A stretch of 64,000 bases of DNA from assembly GCA_028534125.1 (NCBI GenBank), contig CM052817.1:40240001-40304000 (forward strand). The letters are read 5' to 3'. The stretch comes from Lama glama. Lineage: Eukaryota. Position 1 is the stretch's first letter, and each line of letters begins with the position of its first letter. Under the pieces are notes generated by a model. It was given only the letters and a program-made list of their open reading frames with translations. It was not told where the DNA came from and did no database searches. Both the position numbers and the translations under genes were made by a program. Below, in pieces: positions 26,701 to 37,280 of this stretch.

Positions 26701-29700
26701 TAGACATTTTTACAAAATCCTCAACTGACTTATAGTCACAGCTTTAAATAATATTAAAATGGAGACAGTTATAATTTGTTAGGAAGTGATCTTTTCCCCC
26801 TCCCACCATGATATTACTGAGCTTCATTGATCAAATAGCAGAAAAACAGTTCATGCAAACAATTAGGGAAATAATGTTATTTTAAATAAGAAGGAACAAA
26901 AATTTAAAAGAGATAGATGGCATAGTAAGAGACAAAACTAATGTTTAAGAGTTAATAGGATCTGAAACAATTTAAATGAATTTGTTTTGCCCACAAGTTG
27001 ATTACTTTCTTAATTAGATAGGAGACATTGCACGTGACTTGATTAAATAGTTAAAGTTTCATTCCCTTTTAAAATTAGATTGTTCTTTCTTGGGGTTGAT
27101 GGAAGAAGAAACAATTATAAAATGAGTAGAGTTTAGAATGTCTTTGATGATAATACTGTGTAAGTGACTTTTACATTTTGTCTACAGAAAATCAGTCTAT
27201 GCAAGACCAGGCATCTATATTGGAAGGTGAACTGGTTACAAAATATACCTTTGGAAGGCTTTGAATCATTGAATATAATTAATGAATGGACATTCACAAT
27301 TATGCATGTGAACTTCAAAGCTGATGATATCCTAAATCTGATCAGTATCATTTTTTAAATTTGGCTTTTTAATTGACTCAAATCTTATAACTGATTGAAT
27401 TAACATAGTGGCACAAATGATCTTAAATCATAAACATGTATTTTATAGAGACATAAAGACATAGCTATACCAAGATTGTCTTAGATATAAGAAAGATTAG
27501 AAGGTGATGGGAGCTTTGAATGATTAGTCTCTGTATAACCAGAACTTTAAGAATTTACTAAGCAGATAGCAGCATATGGTGTAATACTTTATGATTAGCT
27601 CTTGAGTGTTTTGAGGCTCATTTGACATTCTGTTAATTCTATTTTTAAAATCAAGGCAAATGAGTGCATGCTGGTTACAAGATCTTGTTTTTAAAAAGTT
27701 TCTATGACATTATGTATGTTCCTTGGTTTGCTAGGCAATTTTGTTAAGATTTAATATCGTGGATAGCGATAAAACAAGCAAGAGGTAAAATACTGAAAGA
27801 ATGTTTAATTTATTGAAAGAGGAGTAATTTTTTGCTTTTACATATATACACACGCAGAACTCAATAAAATATAAAATGATTATATTGTGATTCAGCAATT
27901 ATCCTATTTCTGGCATGTTTAATTCCTTTTTTCTTTAAAGATACTGTCATTAAAATACTTAATGAGTTCTGCTATTGATGTCCATTTCTCACTTTGAGAT
28001 TTTGAGGGAATTTTTTTGAGGGAGGAGGAAACTCACTAAAGGTGATAGTAGTTTAATTTTATATTTGCTACCAAATTTTTGTGTGTATGTGGCATTAAGA
28101 AAAACTTATCACAAATATTTGAATGCTGTTCTCTGTAAGTAATTTCTAAAGCCAAGATTGTAAAACTTATGTTGTGTAGTTGGGCTCTGTTTTGTGTTTT
28201 TTTTTTTTTTTTTTTGAAGTGTTTCTACCATTTGGGTGATTTGCTTATGCTGAATTGCTTATGTTAAATTGCTCTCTATTTCGTGGGAAATAAGAGGTTG
28301 CTGCTTTTTTCTTTTTGTGTGTATGTTGACTATATCAGAAGCCTTTTTTTTTAGCAGACTCAACTGATGTATTTTTTTCTTTTTTTTGTCTTTTTGTTGT
28401 TGTTGTTGTTTGGGTTTTGGGGGGCCAATTAGGTTCATTTACTTATTTGTTTTTATTTATTTATTTACTGGAAGTACTGGGGATTGAACCCAGGACCTCG
28501 TGCATGCTAAGCAGGTGCTCTACCACTGAGCTATACCCTGCCCCTGTTTTTTATTAGGAGAGAATCGTTTGATCTTTGAAGATTATATACCAATATAGGC
28601 ATAAAGACTTCACTATTCTTAAATTTAGCACAACTCTTTAATTAAAAGGAATTAATGTCAAGATATTTTGCTTTCTAAGCCAAGTCCTTGTGATTATTAG
28701 AGGTAATGAATTTGAGAATCCAAAGCTACATAGTGACCCCAGCAGCTCAGCTGGTAAAACTTTTGTTGACAGTTATCTCAGGATAAAGGTAGTGTTTGAA
28801 GGTATTATATGATGGATACAACTTAGTTTTCTCCTTTTCAGGATTCTAAAGGAAAATGCCCTCTATTATCTGTTATAGGTCCTCAGAATGGTTGGAATGA
28901 TCCTCCAGCTTTGAACAGAGTACCCAAGAAGAAGAAGGTACTAGAAAAAGATGTCTATTCAGTGCCTACAGATGTCCTGTCAGTCATGTACCCACCTGAA
29001 TCACATGACACTTCACTGTTCTTTTTAAAGGCAAAGCTTAAATCATAATATACTTAATGAGTGCGTTTCAGCTTACTAATCCGTGAAGGGAAGGAAAGAA
29101 AGCACAAAACAATATGGTGGTGTGAATCAAACCCCTCTCAGAAAGCAAGATGTAAATTCCCAGCACATCTCTTTGAAGGAGTAGGAAACAAATTTGGTTT
29201 TGGGTTCCAGCAGTAACCATGAATTTGTAATTATATTTTGGACTCTTTTTGTCTATCACATAGAACATGAATGAAGAAATAGCCTTGTAGCTGAGCATAA
29301 TTTAGATGTCTGTAACTGTTCAGAGCTGTTTGAGCATAACAAAGATTCTTCTCTCCTTCTTGTACCCCAAGCTGTTTTCTACTTTTTTTTTTTAACTCCT
29401 AGTGATTTCTGTCCCCCAAATATAATAATGAGAGGCCAGAACATAAAATCGGGAGATACTAAATGAGTGGAAAAAAATTGGGGTCAGTGATAATCAGAAA
29501 CTTGATCACTAAGTAAATACTGTTAGTGATCTAGGAAAAGGGTGTTACATCTGATCACATTAAACACACACAAACACACATTTGGCTGTCAGGTCCAGTA
29601 TTGCTAGGTGCAGTTTTCCAGACTTTGACATCCTCTTTCAAAAACACCATGGTTTGGCTCCCCATTATGTTGGTTAAAGTGTGAAAAGCAGAGGGGAAAC

Positions 29701-32700
29701 TGAGAGGTCCAGGTTTACGGTCAGAACCCTCTTAGCCAGTTTAGCTCTACTTTTATGTTTTACTCTAGAATTCTTCATAAAATTTCATTTAAAGAAAATT
29801 CTATTACTAAAAATTTTTTTAACTGTGCAATAGTCTAACTCCCTTATTTTAAGCTAAGAAAATGTCGCTATTTTGGGGGGGATTTTTTCCTTACTCTTGG
29901 TACTTTCTATTTCCATCTTTTAAAAGATGCCTGAAAACTTTATGCCTCCTGTTCCCATCACATCACCAATCATGAACCCCTTGGGGGACCCCCAGTCGCA
30001 GATGCTGCAGCAACAACCTTCAGCTCCACTGTCAAGCCAGGCTTCGTTCCCACAGCCACATCTTCCAGGTGGCCAGCCCTTCCACGGCGTACAGCAACCC
30101 CTTGGTCAGCCAGGCATGCCTCCGTCTTTTTCAAAGCCCAATATCGAAGGTGCCCCAGGGGCTCCTATTGGAAATACCATCCAGGTAACAGTAAATCTGT
30201 GGAACTGGGAGATGACTCTGTCTATTTCAGTACTTATTTTAATCTGCTAACTTTTATGGTTACACCTTTTTTAATGAACATCTCAGTTTGGTTTCAAGTT
30301 AGACAATTTAAGTAAAAAATAGTAACTTTTTTTTAATTGCTCGTATATGTATATTTTTCAATCACATGGCCATGTACAAACTTTCTAGAAGGGGCTTATA
30401 TATTTACTACTATATGTTTACAATAACTTGGTAATTGCAGTGTTTTATTTGACCTAATCAGCAGCCACAGTTTGCTTCATTGAATCCATATTTGCATCAA
30501 AGGTTGCTAAGCAAAAGCTGTTTCCAAAGGTTTTTTTTCTTCTTAATCTTCGAAATGTGAAATAAAGTGCAGTGGGTTATATCTTTTCCCGGGTATGCGT
30601 AAAAGCTAATAATACAGCCATATCTTCGGGTGGAGATTTAATTTGTATGCTTTTCACATACAAACAGTTAGTTGGAAGGGCTCAAGATGATGAGGAATCT
30701 ATCACATTTCCATGTAACTGACGTAGACATACAAAGGTAAACAATTTGATCTAGTCATGAAAAGCAGAGAGGTTGGGTCACACTGCAACCTAAGAAGATG
30801 AAACAAATTCCTGCCCAAGTATAAAACTAGTTCTTCTGCCTGTTTTTGTCTTTGACTCATTGAAGTCAAGTTTGTAAAGATTGGATCTCTGTCACAAGAG
30901 TGTACTTTGCTGTTAAGAGAGAGTTTTGCCTAAGGAACTTCTAAATATTAGCAGTTGCTTTATAAAAACCAGTGTCTTGAGGGAGGTAGGAGGACCTGCG
31001 TCTTTCCAGAAGAATATATATTATAAAGATGCATTGTTAATTTTTATGATTACATGTCTGTGCTGTTTGCGAAGCCATTCACTTTTGTTAAGAGCTGGGT
31101 GCTCATGCTGTGTTCACCTAGACTAGAACCTCAGTTACCATCGAAAGGGAGAGCTGCCTGGATGTATGTGTTCAGCCAGGCATTAATATCCAGCTCCCTG
31201 CCCACTTGGATGTCTCTGAGGCACCTCACATTCAACATACCCACAACCTAATTCATAGTCTTCCTCCCAAACCTAGTCATCTTTTGGTGTGTCTTATTTC
31301 GATTAATGGCATCGTAATCCTTTCTGTTTAATCCAGCCAAAAACCTGGGAATCACGTCTATACTCTTTGTCCTTTAATCTGTCTTTCAGATGTATCCCCA
31401 AGTCTTATTGATACCACTTTAAAATATCTTTCCATTCCCTGCTCTGCGTTTCCAGTCTGGTCCATGCTACCTTCGTCTCCAGTCTTCAGTAGTGCAGAAG
31501 CCTCTAACTGGTCTGCCAGCATCTACTTTGACCCATCTCTTATCTGGTCTTATCTCCTCATTGCTTAAAACATTACAGCTTCCCATTGTTCTTGGAATAA
31601 AGACTAAAATATTTCACGTTGTCTGGAAGCCATCAGCTCATACTCCTCCTTGCTCTCCCTCTGCTCCAGCCATACTGGCCTCCTGTCAGTCCCTTGTATC
31701 ATGATCCTTCCTTTGTACACGTTTTTCTGTCTGCAGTGCTTTTCCTTCCCAATTTAATTGGTTAACCCCTACTTATCCTTCCGGTATAACTTTCTTAAAG
31801 AGCCTTCCCCTCAGTTAAATCAGGTTATGTTGTCTGTTGATTCCACTAATGTTAATCACAGTTACTGTGCATTTATGACATTTTTAAACTTTCTTTTCTA
31901 TTAGCCTGTAAACTCCCTGAGGGATGAGCTTATTTCCACGTTGGCTCACCTATGTGTACCCAGCGCCTGATACATAATTGACTCAATATGTTTGAATGAA
32001 TGAACTAATCAATTAAAACTTTAAAAAATGACACATTCCCTCCTGGTTTTCCCATGTCTACATTCAGTAAGATCATGATCTCTTTTAACCTTTGGCTTAA
32101 TCTTGCAGTTTAATTATACCCCAGTTAACAGCCTCTGAGAGTAAACCAGGGAAGACTGTCAGGATAAACAGAAGTGAGCCAGCAAGCAGAGCAGGAAGCA
32201 GCCACTCCATCCTGCCACCTCTGTAAATGCCTGTTCTTTTCATTTCCCGCTGGCACAGGTCTCCTCCCTATCAGTTTTGTACAGTGTGATTAACATATGT
32301 TCCATGATTAATCACATGCTTTATATCCAGTCCTGCTTTTGAAAATAGAAGCCGTAGGAAGAGTGCCTGTATCTTCTGAATACCTGATTGTTATTTTTAC
32401 TTATCCCAGGTGATTTCACATGTTAATTTTTCTTTTGATTTTGAATAGCCTGTCTACAAGGTAGCTGGTTTCTTTTTATCACAGATTCAGGGTTTTGTGT
32501 ATAGATAGCTTCTGGTCATTTCTAGTCATTTTGTGGTATTATTTCTTTCAGCATGTGCAGTCTTTGCCAACAGAAAAAATTACCAAGAAACCTATTCCAG
32601 ATGAACACCTCATTCTAAAGACCACGTTTGAGGATCTCATTCAGCGCTGCCTCTCTTCAGCCTCAGATCCTGTATGTTTTTTTTATTTTGCTTATTCAAA

Positions 32701-35700
32701 GAATCCCTTTTGATCCTCTTCTGTAATTATTGTGATTACTGTATTTATATAATTATGCATGTATACATAATTATTGTAATTATATAACATATCTTACAAA
32801 GTATATTTGGAAGTTTATACACAGGTAATAAAGCTAGCACTTACATATCATCTGCTTTACATCTAAAAACATTTAATTGTTTTTTATATATAAATGTATT
32901 TAATCCTTAGAACAGCCTCATAGTAGGTAGATTTGTCATATTTATTTTACAGAGAGGAAGTTAAAGCAAGAAACAGTTACATAATAACCGGAGTCAGAGC
33001 TAGCTTTCAAACCTAGTCTGGTTCCAGACTTCGTATTCTCAGCTACTAGGCTGCACTGCGTCTCATCCGCAGACCTCATGTCTGGCACAAAAATAGAACA
33101 GAGTGGTGGTATGCAAGAAACTCAGATTTGGAGTTTCTTTTTGAACTTACATCAAAGCTTTTACAAGTAGATAGACAATCTTTAACTTTGCAAAGATCTT
33201 AAAAATAGTTAAATGTTTTAGATATTAGAGTCATATTCATAATTAAAGCAACTGACTTTACTTAGTTTACTAGAGGAGGCCTGTGTATTGGCAACAACAA
33301 AAATTCCACAAAGCCAGTCTTGTTTTAGATGAAATTTCAGTTTCTGCCAACAAACATTGAATATATTTATTTAGTCACTGGCCACTTGTCTGCTTGAAAA
33401 AACAGCTTCTGGAATTTGTTGTTTCATCAAACATTGAGGATTAACGTGTGCAGCCTTCTGCTAGACTTTTGGAAAGCAATTCCCTATACCGAAAGTGTCA
33501 GGAAAGCAGAGGCAGAGAAAGGTCAGCATAAACTTTAGCACCTGGCATCCTGGGCATGATGGAAAGACCAAGCTAAGAGCAGAGAGCAAGTGAAGCTGAT
33601 AAAGGAGGTAGGTGTATAGTTATCTCCTGTGCACACCTCTAATAGAGAGGTCACCATCACGCAAAAATAGAGTGTCCTGGGGAAAATTCCAGTCTTCCTT
33701 GGGGCATGAGTCAGTCAGTGTAAATAGAGGTTGGGAGGACACACAGTACACGGCCCAGCTTAAAAAAATTTTGTTGAGCTTAACCTCCTCTAGGTCACCA
33801 AATCATCTTCCTTCTGGTTACCCAGGAAGATGGGTACCCTGGGCAGAAGAGGAAGACAAACTGTTCCTGAAACTAGCTGGGCGAGAAGTTCCCGTACTGC
33901 CCAGGGAGTCCGCCCGCGGCGGTGGGGCCCCCGCTGGTAGCTGGTGGGGTTAACTTCGCACCCTCCACAAAAGCCCATTTTAATCAATACTTGAACTCAT
34001 TTTTGTAGTATGGCTTTATTCCTGTTTTCACTTCAGTTGTGTCTAAACAATGTGATCTGGCCACACAGCTTAGTTTGTATGGTGACCCTTGGTGGCTCGT
34101 CTCTTCCTCTCCCCTCCTCTGGCGCACTGACATGCCTTCTCAGCATACCAAGAGCGCATCAGCGGCCGAGACTTTGCTCCTGCTGCTCCTTCCGCCTGGA
34201 GCTCTTCTCCCACAGAACCGCACTGGTCCTCCTCCTCCTTCCTTCCCGGCTTCTGCTCCGATGCCCATTAGCCAGCAGGCTTTCTTACCACCTGATACCC
34301 CCCAGCGCTTCTGACCCCCTCCCCCTGTTAGCTTTAAATCTTGGCACTCATTACCACCTGACAGGCAATATATTATTTATTTAGCGTCCTTTTCCCACCC
34401 ACTGGAATATGAGCTACATGAGACATAAGACTGCACTGCCTGGCACAGAGTTGGCACTCAATAATATTGGAAAGTGCTGCCACTTCTAAGGCTGTTGTGT
34501 AATGTAGGTCATTAAGTTAATCACAGTATAATTTTAAACCTTCACTTTTAGAATAGTTTTCTCTCATTTTACTTACAGTACTAGGATGGGGATAGGACTC
34601 CTTAATTTAAGAGCTTATTTTAACACTTCCCTCTTAAGAATCTTAAGATACTAGGAGAGAGTTTTCTCTTTTTGGGTTTTGGATTTTTGGGGGGCTTTTG
34701 TAGGGTTTGTTTGTTTTTGTTTTTGCTTTGGTGTTTTAAAGGCCCAGAGTAAGGCAGAATTAAACACATCAAATGTGACTGAGTGTATGAGAAGTATTTT
34801 TGAGGTTAAAAAAAGATTCCTCAGTTCACCTGTATGTTTGCCTTCTGGCACCCATAATGTTCGTGGTGTTTAATTTACAGTAACTGTTAGACCTTGTCTG
34901 TAGGACACTGACCCACTGCTGCCTCCAGCCGGCCCTCCCTGGTGCTTGTGGATGTAGTGCAGTTGTACACACACCGCAAGTGAGTTTGCAGTACTCGTGA
35001 GGTCCCACCAGTCCTCCAGTCTGCACACCCGGAGGAAGGGGCTCATCCTGTCCCCTTCCTACAGCAGTAGATTACTGATCTCTGTTTTGATCATTTGTTC
35101 AAGTGTCTTGTCTTAGCTATCACCATTTCTTTAAAAAAAATGAAGCTGTTCAGTATCATGTCTGTAAGGTTTAGTGAAATGAGATCGATCTAGTTCTTCA
35201 GATAAAAGTTACTGTTTGAATATAACGTACCTGTTTTTCCTCTCCTGCAGCAAACGAAGAGGAAGCTAGATGATGCCAGCAAACGTTTGGAGTTTCTGTA
35301 TGACAAACTTAGGGAACAGACAGTAAGTTTGTAGAAAAAAGGATTTATGATAATCATTTATTCTTGGCTGTCAGTAAAATGTGTTTTGTCAGCACTTGCA
35401 TGTAGTGTGCTTGGGGGCAAAGCAGTCAGGACAGTTATAGAATGGGCTTTGCTGTAACTGTCTAAACCAGTTTCAGTCACTGGGGATAAGGGGATGGGGG
35501 TGTGTGTGTGTGTGTGTGTGATCAAGATGGAGAGAGAAGTTTTAGCCTTTTTTATAACAAAGAGCACATATACAAAATGGCCTGTGTTGGCCCTAAGGTA
35601 ACTGGCCTTTTGTTCATTTTTATGTCCTTTAAATCAAGAAATAAGAGAGTGGACAGACACTCTGTATTCCAGAGACCAAATCTGTAATCTTTCTCATAGT

Positions 35701-36861
35701 CTAAGACTCAGATCTTTTTCTTTTAGAAGAACTATGACACAAAAGCACAGCCAAATGTAGCCGCCAGTTGAGCAGATCAGTGTGCTGTAACTATGAAGAC
35801 GGTCAGCAGTAAGGAGTAGACACTGTGTCTTCTGTTCTTTTGTCTCCCACCTCTCCGTTCCTTTCTAGACCGTTTTGTTAATGAAAGCACTAGGAGAGAA
35901 GAAAAGAATTGAGGCTTTGTCATGTTTTTGCAGTTTAGCATTCCTCTTCCCCATTCCCCACATCAGTCCCATCAGATAAAAATAACCATTTATCTCCTAA
36001 GAACCAAACCAGAGAAAGTTGATATAACAGTGGCGTGGCCCATGGACTGATCCAAAGTAAAGTCTTCTCTGAAAAGTATGGGTGTGTAAGCCAAGTAATG
36101 ACATGAAGAAACACAAAACTGTAGGTCTTATGGTTTTAAGAGATGATGGGATTATAAAAAGCAGGTAAGAACTGGCAAATTGAGTACATGCCGAGGACTG
36201 TTGCCCTCCAAGTGGAAGTGGACCAAAAGTGCAGGGTTTTTGTTGTCGACAGACTGGGCCCTTACTTGGAGATGTCATGATGAAGAATCTTTAAACTCTT
36301 CCATGTGCATTTCATGTCATCCACAGTTGTGACTCTATATCTAAAATAATTGAAGAATTAAAGCTCTCAAGTGGAGAGAGACATTAACATTTCAGCTTAG
36401 GGGAGGAAATCTGACTTCTTTTCTAAAAGAAAAAGACCTGGCTTAACATACGTGTATAATCCATAAATAGTTTCCTTACATAAGTCATTCTGTCACGGTT
36501 CTGTTTTATGATTTAAGTGTTGCTTGGTCTGAGACGCCTTCTAGAAATGCTCAACAGTTTGTACATTTTTTATGTTTATTTCAAGCACCTCTCAAATACT
36601 GGCATTTAGTGTTTGTAGATGGGTCTCGTGGAAAATTCTCCGTTATTTTAATTCTTTGTCTTGATCCCACCTTTATTTCAGCTTTCACCAACGATCATCA
36701 GCGGTTTACACAACATCGCAAGGAGCATTGAGACGCGAAACTACGCAGAAGGACTGACCATCCACACCCACATAGTCAGCACCAGCAACTTCAGTGAGAC
36801 CTCCGCTTTTATGCCCGTCCTCAAAGTTGTTCTCACCCAGGCCAATAAGCTGGGTGTCTAA
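1610..36861 (+). CDS. SEC31A: SEC31A (protein transport protein Sec31A, COPII outer coat), spliced and 5'-partial. Exons: 1610-1846, 2749-2823, 4225-4263, 4723-4800, 7119-7194, 7623-7801, 9113-9239, 10201-10346, 11875-12048, 14311-14487, [16754-16846], 17516-17642, 19286-19627, [27188-27226], 28879-28937, 29927-30184, 32552-32671, 35251-35322, 36682-36861
   Basis: Joined exons give one continuous ORF (FGGKLVTF...KNWREALAAVLTYAKPDEFSALC...GWNDPP...VLTQANKLGV*) that I recognise as mammalian Sec31A. All introns are GT-AG and exon phases are consistent. The N-terminal WD40 exons lie upstream of the window. Confidence 0.98.
2749..2823 (+). CDS. SEC31A: SEC31A coding exon (VNFEDDSRGKYLELLGYRKEDLGKK), 75 nt
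   Basis: aaaag|GTAAAC ... AAAAAG|gtaaac; 25 codons matching Sec31A. Confidence 0.95.
4225..4263 (+). CDS. SEC31A: SEC31A small exon (IALALNKVDGPDV), 39 nt, probably alternative
   Basis: tttcag|ATTGCT ... GATGTG|gtaaga; phase 0/0. Confidence 0.93.
4723..4800 (+). CDS. SEC31A: SEC31A exon (ALKDSDQVAQSDGEESPAAEEQLLGE), 78 nt, probably alternative
   Basis: ccaaag|GCTCTT ... GGAGAG|gtattt; phase 0/0. Confidence 0.93.
7119..7194 (+). CDS. SEC31A: SEC31A coding exon (RTEEEKQESEFLPSAGGTFNISISG), 76 nt
   Basis: ctttag|CGCACT ... AGTGGGG|gtatct; phase 0/1. Confidence 0.93.
7623..7801 (+). CDS. SEC31A: SEC31A coding exon (DIDGLITQALLTGNF...SQSKITR), 179 nt
   Basis: ttgcag|ATATTG ... ACCAGG|gtatgt; alpha-solenoid (ACE1) region. 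Confidence 0.96.
8163..8251 (+). mobile_element. tRNA-derived SINE (camelid Vic-1-like)
   Basis: A box (tagctcagtg), B box (ggttcaatccc), A tail; perfect 18-bp TSD aagattatatatgtatag at 8145-8162 and 8252-8269. Confidence 0.9.
9113..9239 (+). CDS. SEC31A: SEC31A coding exon (LITAVVMKNWKE...DEFSALC), 127 nt
   Basis: cccaag|CTAATT ... TTTGTG|gtaaga; lies within ORF 9068..9295. Confidence 0.96.
10201..10346 (+). CDS. SEC31A: SEC31A coding exon (DLLGTRLESEG...SNPLSLQ), 146 nt
   Basis: ctatag|ACCTTT ... CTTCAG|gtcagt; overlaps ORF 10206..10394. Confidence 0.96.
11875..12048 (+). CDS. SEC31A: SEC31A coding exon (DLIEKVVILRKAV...LPENTNQ), 174 nt
   Basis: atttag|GATCTG ... AACCAG|gtaatt; 58 codons. 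Confidence 0.96.
12797..12990 (+). mobile_element. tRNA-derived SINE (Vic-1-like) with (TAAA)n and A-rich tail
   Basis: ggggagggtgtagctcagtggtag...ctgggttcaatccccagtgcctcc followed by an A-rich tail. Confidence 0.88.
14311..14487 (+). CDS. SEC31A: SEC31A coding exon (PNIVQLRDRLC...QQYYPH), 177 nt
   Basis: ttatag|CCAAAT ... CCCCAT|gtgagt; 59 codons. Confidence 0.96.
16105..16290 (+). mobile_element. MIR SINE relic
   Basis: MIR core: ctcttcatttctctgggccttggtttcctt...ggattagactggatgatct. Confidence 0.65.
16754..16846 (+). CDS. SEC31A: SEC31A alternative cassette exon (VRIAPTVTTWSNKTPTALPSHPPAASPSDTQ), 93 nt
   Basis: attcag|GTTAGA ... ACACAG|gtatat; phase 0/0 and stop-free; peptide matches an insert I recall from long mammalian Sec31A isoforms. 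Confidence 0.88.
17516..17642 (+). CDS. SEC31A: SEC31A coding exon containing the ALG-2/PDCD6-binding site (GENPPPPGFIMHGN...PYPQPQ), 127 nt
   Basis: cctag|GGAGAA ... CACAGC|gtaagt; PxPGF type-2 ALG-2-binding motif. Confidence 0.95.
18048..18320 (-). mobile_element. Old LINE-1 (L1M-type) 3' end fragment
   Basis: ttttagagcagttttaggttc...gtacattctatgaattttgacaaatgtata resembles an L1M 3' UTR in reverse. Confidence 0.7.
19286..19627 (+). CDS. SEC31A: SEC31A proline-rich exon (PYQPAQKYSFG...ELPASQRT), 342 nt, with an internal alternative splice site at 19582/19583
   Basis: gtgtag|CTTATC ... GAACAG|gtctgc; phase 1/1; overlaps ORF 19333..19731. Confidence 0.95.
20458..20645 (+). mobile_element. 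MIR SINE relic
   Basis: ggctttggaatcagactccctgggtttgtatcccagc...tgtgaccttgaataagttacttaac...gcctcggtttcctc. Confidence 0.8.
22484..22640. repeat. Compound polypyrimidine microsatellite (CCTT)n-(TTTTC)n-(CT)n
   Basis: About 155 nt of uninterrupted pyrimidines, directly visible. Confidence 0.95.
22734..22797 (+). mobile_element. Severely 5'-truncated LINE-1 3' end
   Basis: ctgtacaccagaaattgacacaacattgtaaactgactataactcaataaaaaaaaa resembles an L1 3' terminus; 11-bp TSD aaatgacaggc at 22723-22733 and 22798-22808. Confidence 0.75.
23668..23745. repeat. (TA)n/(CA)n compound microsatellite
   Basis: Directly visible. Confidence 0.85.
23770..24480 (-). mobile_element. Old LINE-1 (L1MB-like) 3' fragment
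   Basis: gctgaataatattccactgtatgtatatacc...ggatatatacccagaagtggaattgctggatc...ttttttgaggaac are typical L1 ORF2-end/3' UTR phrases in reverse. Confidence 0.85.
25528..25782. mobile_element. TcMar-Tigger (MER2-like) DNA transposon relic
   Basis: ataccaaaatctgaggatgctc...gtatttgcatgtaacctatgc...gttttcgatcc..gtgggttgaa resembles MER2. Confidence 0.6.
27188..27226 (+). CDS. SEC31A: SEC31A alternative 39-nt exon (ENQSMQDQASILE); likely the orthologue of human exon '24c'
   Basis: ttttgtctacag|AAAATC ... TGGAAG|gtgaac; phase 1/1 and stop-free; resembles a 13-aa Sec31A isoform insert I recall (ENQSIQDQAPMLE). Confidence 0.82.
28371..28544 (-). mobile_element. tRNA-derived SINE (Vic-1-like)
   Basis: Reverse complement of the same consensus (gtactggggattgaacccaggacctcgtgcatgctaagc...ctgagctataccc) preceded by a T-rich tail. 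Confidence 0.88.
28879..28937 (+). CDS. SEC31A: SEC31A coding exon (GPQNGWNDPPALNRVPKKKK), Sec23/Sar1 'active fragment' region, 59 nt
   Basis: ttatag|GTCCTC ... AAGAAG|gtacta; conserved GWNDPP motif. Confidence 0.95.
29927..30184 (+). CDS. SEC31A: SEC31A coding exon (MPENFMPPVPITSP...IGNTIQ), 258 nt
   Basis: taaaag|ATGCCT ... ATCCAG|gtaaca; ORF 29927..30250. Confidence 0.96.
31190..32010 (+). mobile_element. LINE-2 relic, 3' portion
   Basis: cacttggatgtct...cacctcacattcaacat...; ends cccagcgcctgatacataattgactcaatatgtttgaatgaatgaa, the typical L2 terminus. Confidence 0.75.
32552..32671 (+). CDS. SEC31A: SEC31A coding exon (HVQSLPTEKITKKP...SSASDP), 120 nt
   Basis: tttcag|CATGTG ... GATCCT|gtatgt. 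Confidence 0.96.
32825..33060 (-). mobile_element. MIR SINE relic
   Basis: tttaatccttagaacagcc...attttacagagaggaagtt...ttcaaacctagtctgg (MIR core in reverse). Confidence 0.65.
34140..34470 (+). mobile_element. LINE-2 relic, 3' end
   Basis: cactggaatatgagctacatgag...gcctggcacagagttggcactcaataata. Confidence 0.6.
35251..35322 (+). CDS. SEC31A: SEC31A coding exon (QTKRKLDDASKRLEFLYDKLREQT), 72 nt
   Basis: ctgcag|CAAACG ... CAGACA|gtaagt. Confidence 0.96.
35500..35520. repeat. (GT)n microsatellite
   Basis: Directly visible. Confidence 0.9.
36682..36861 (+). CDS. SEC31A: SEC31A last coding exon (LSPTIISGLHN...QANKLGV*)
   Basis: tttcag|CTTTCA ... GTC TAA; Sec31A C-terminus. Confidence 0.97.
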   Translation, partial: LSPTIISGLHNIARSIETRNYAEGLTIHTHIVSTSNFSETSAFMPVLKVVLTQANKLGV

Positions 36862-37280
36862 AGGACAGCTTCACGTTCAGCCAATATTGCCATTTTTCCA
36901 AAGAAACATGTTTTAAAAAATAAGATGTGTGGACCAATCCTCATTAGCATGTTTCCATAGCAGCCAGTCAGGAACATTTACATTATTTCTGCAGATAAAC
37001 TCACCTTAGACCTCCTCAGAACCCTGGTGCTTTCTTTTGTTTTCATCCTTTGTTGCCCATGGTGATGATTTTCCTATTCTGCAAATAATGTATTTGCTGG
37101 ATTACACATAGTACATTTTCCTGAAGTGTTCTGATAAAGTGTGGTTTTTGAAACCTCAGTTTACTTTTTGAAAAGGAGCCTTTGGTTATACATAAAGCAA
37201 AGCTAAAACTAAATCTCGTTCATGTCCGCCCTACTTTCTCCATGTCAATCAGATTAAAGTGTGTAATCCTGTTTTTGTGT
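36862..37280 (+). other. SEC31A: SEC31A 3' UTR up to the proximal poly(A) site (end approximate)
   Basis: Follows the stop codon; AU-rich; ends near ATTAAA plus a GU/U-rich element. Confidence 0.7.
37253..37258 (+). terminator. Polyadenylation signal ATTAAA (proximal); further AATAAA at 37411-37416 and 37498-37503
   Basis: ATTAAA is followed 13-40 nt later by gtttttgtgtttgtagtcttttttt, a GU/U-rich downstream element. Confidence 0.65.

Noticed and set aside
33612..34384. Cluster of 65-124-aa ORFs suggesting a nested gene or retrocopy
   Set aside because: No recognisable protein, poly(A) tail or TSD; overlaps an L2 relic and a GC-rich patch.
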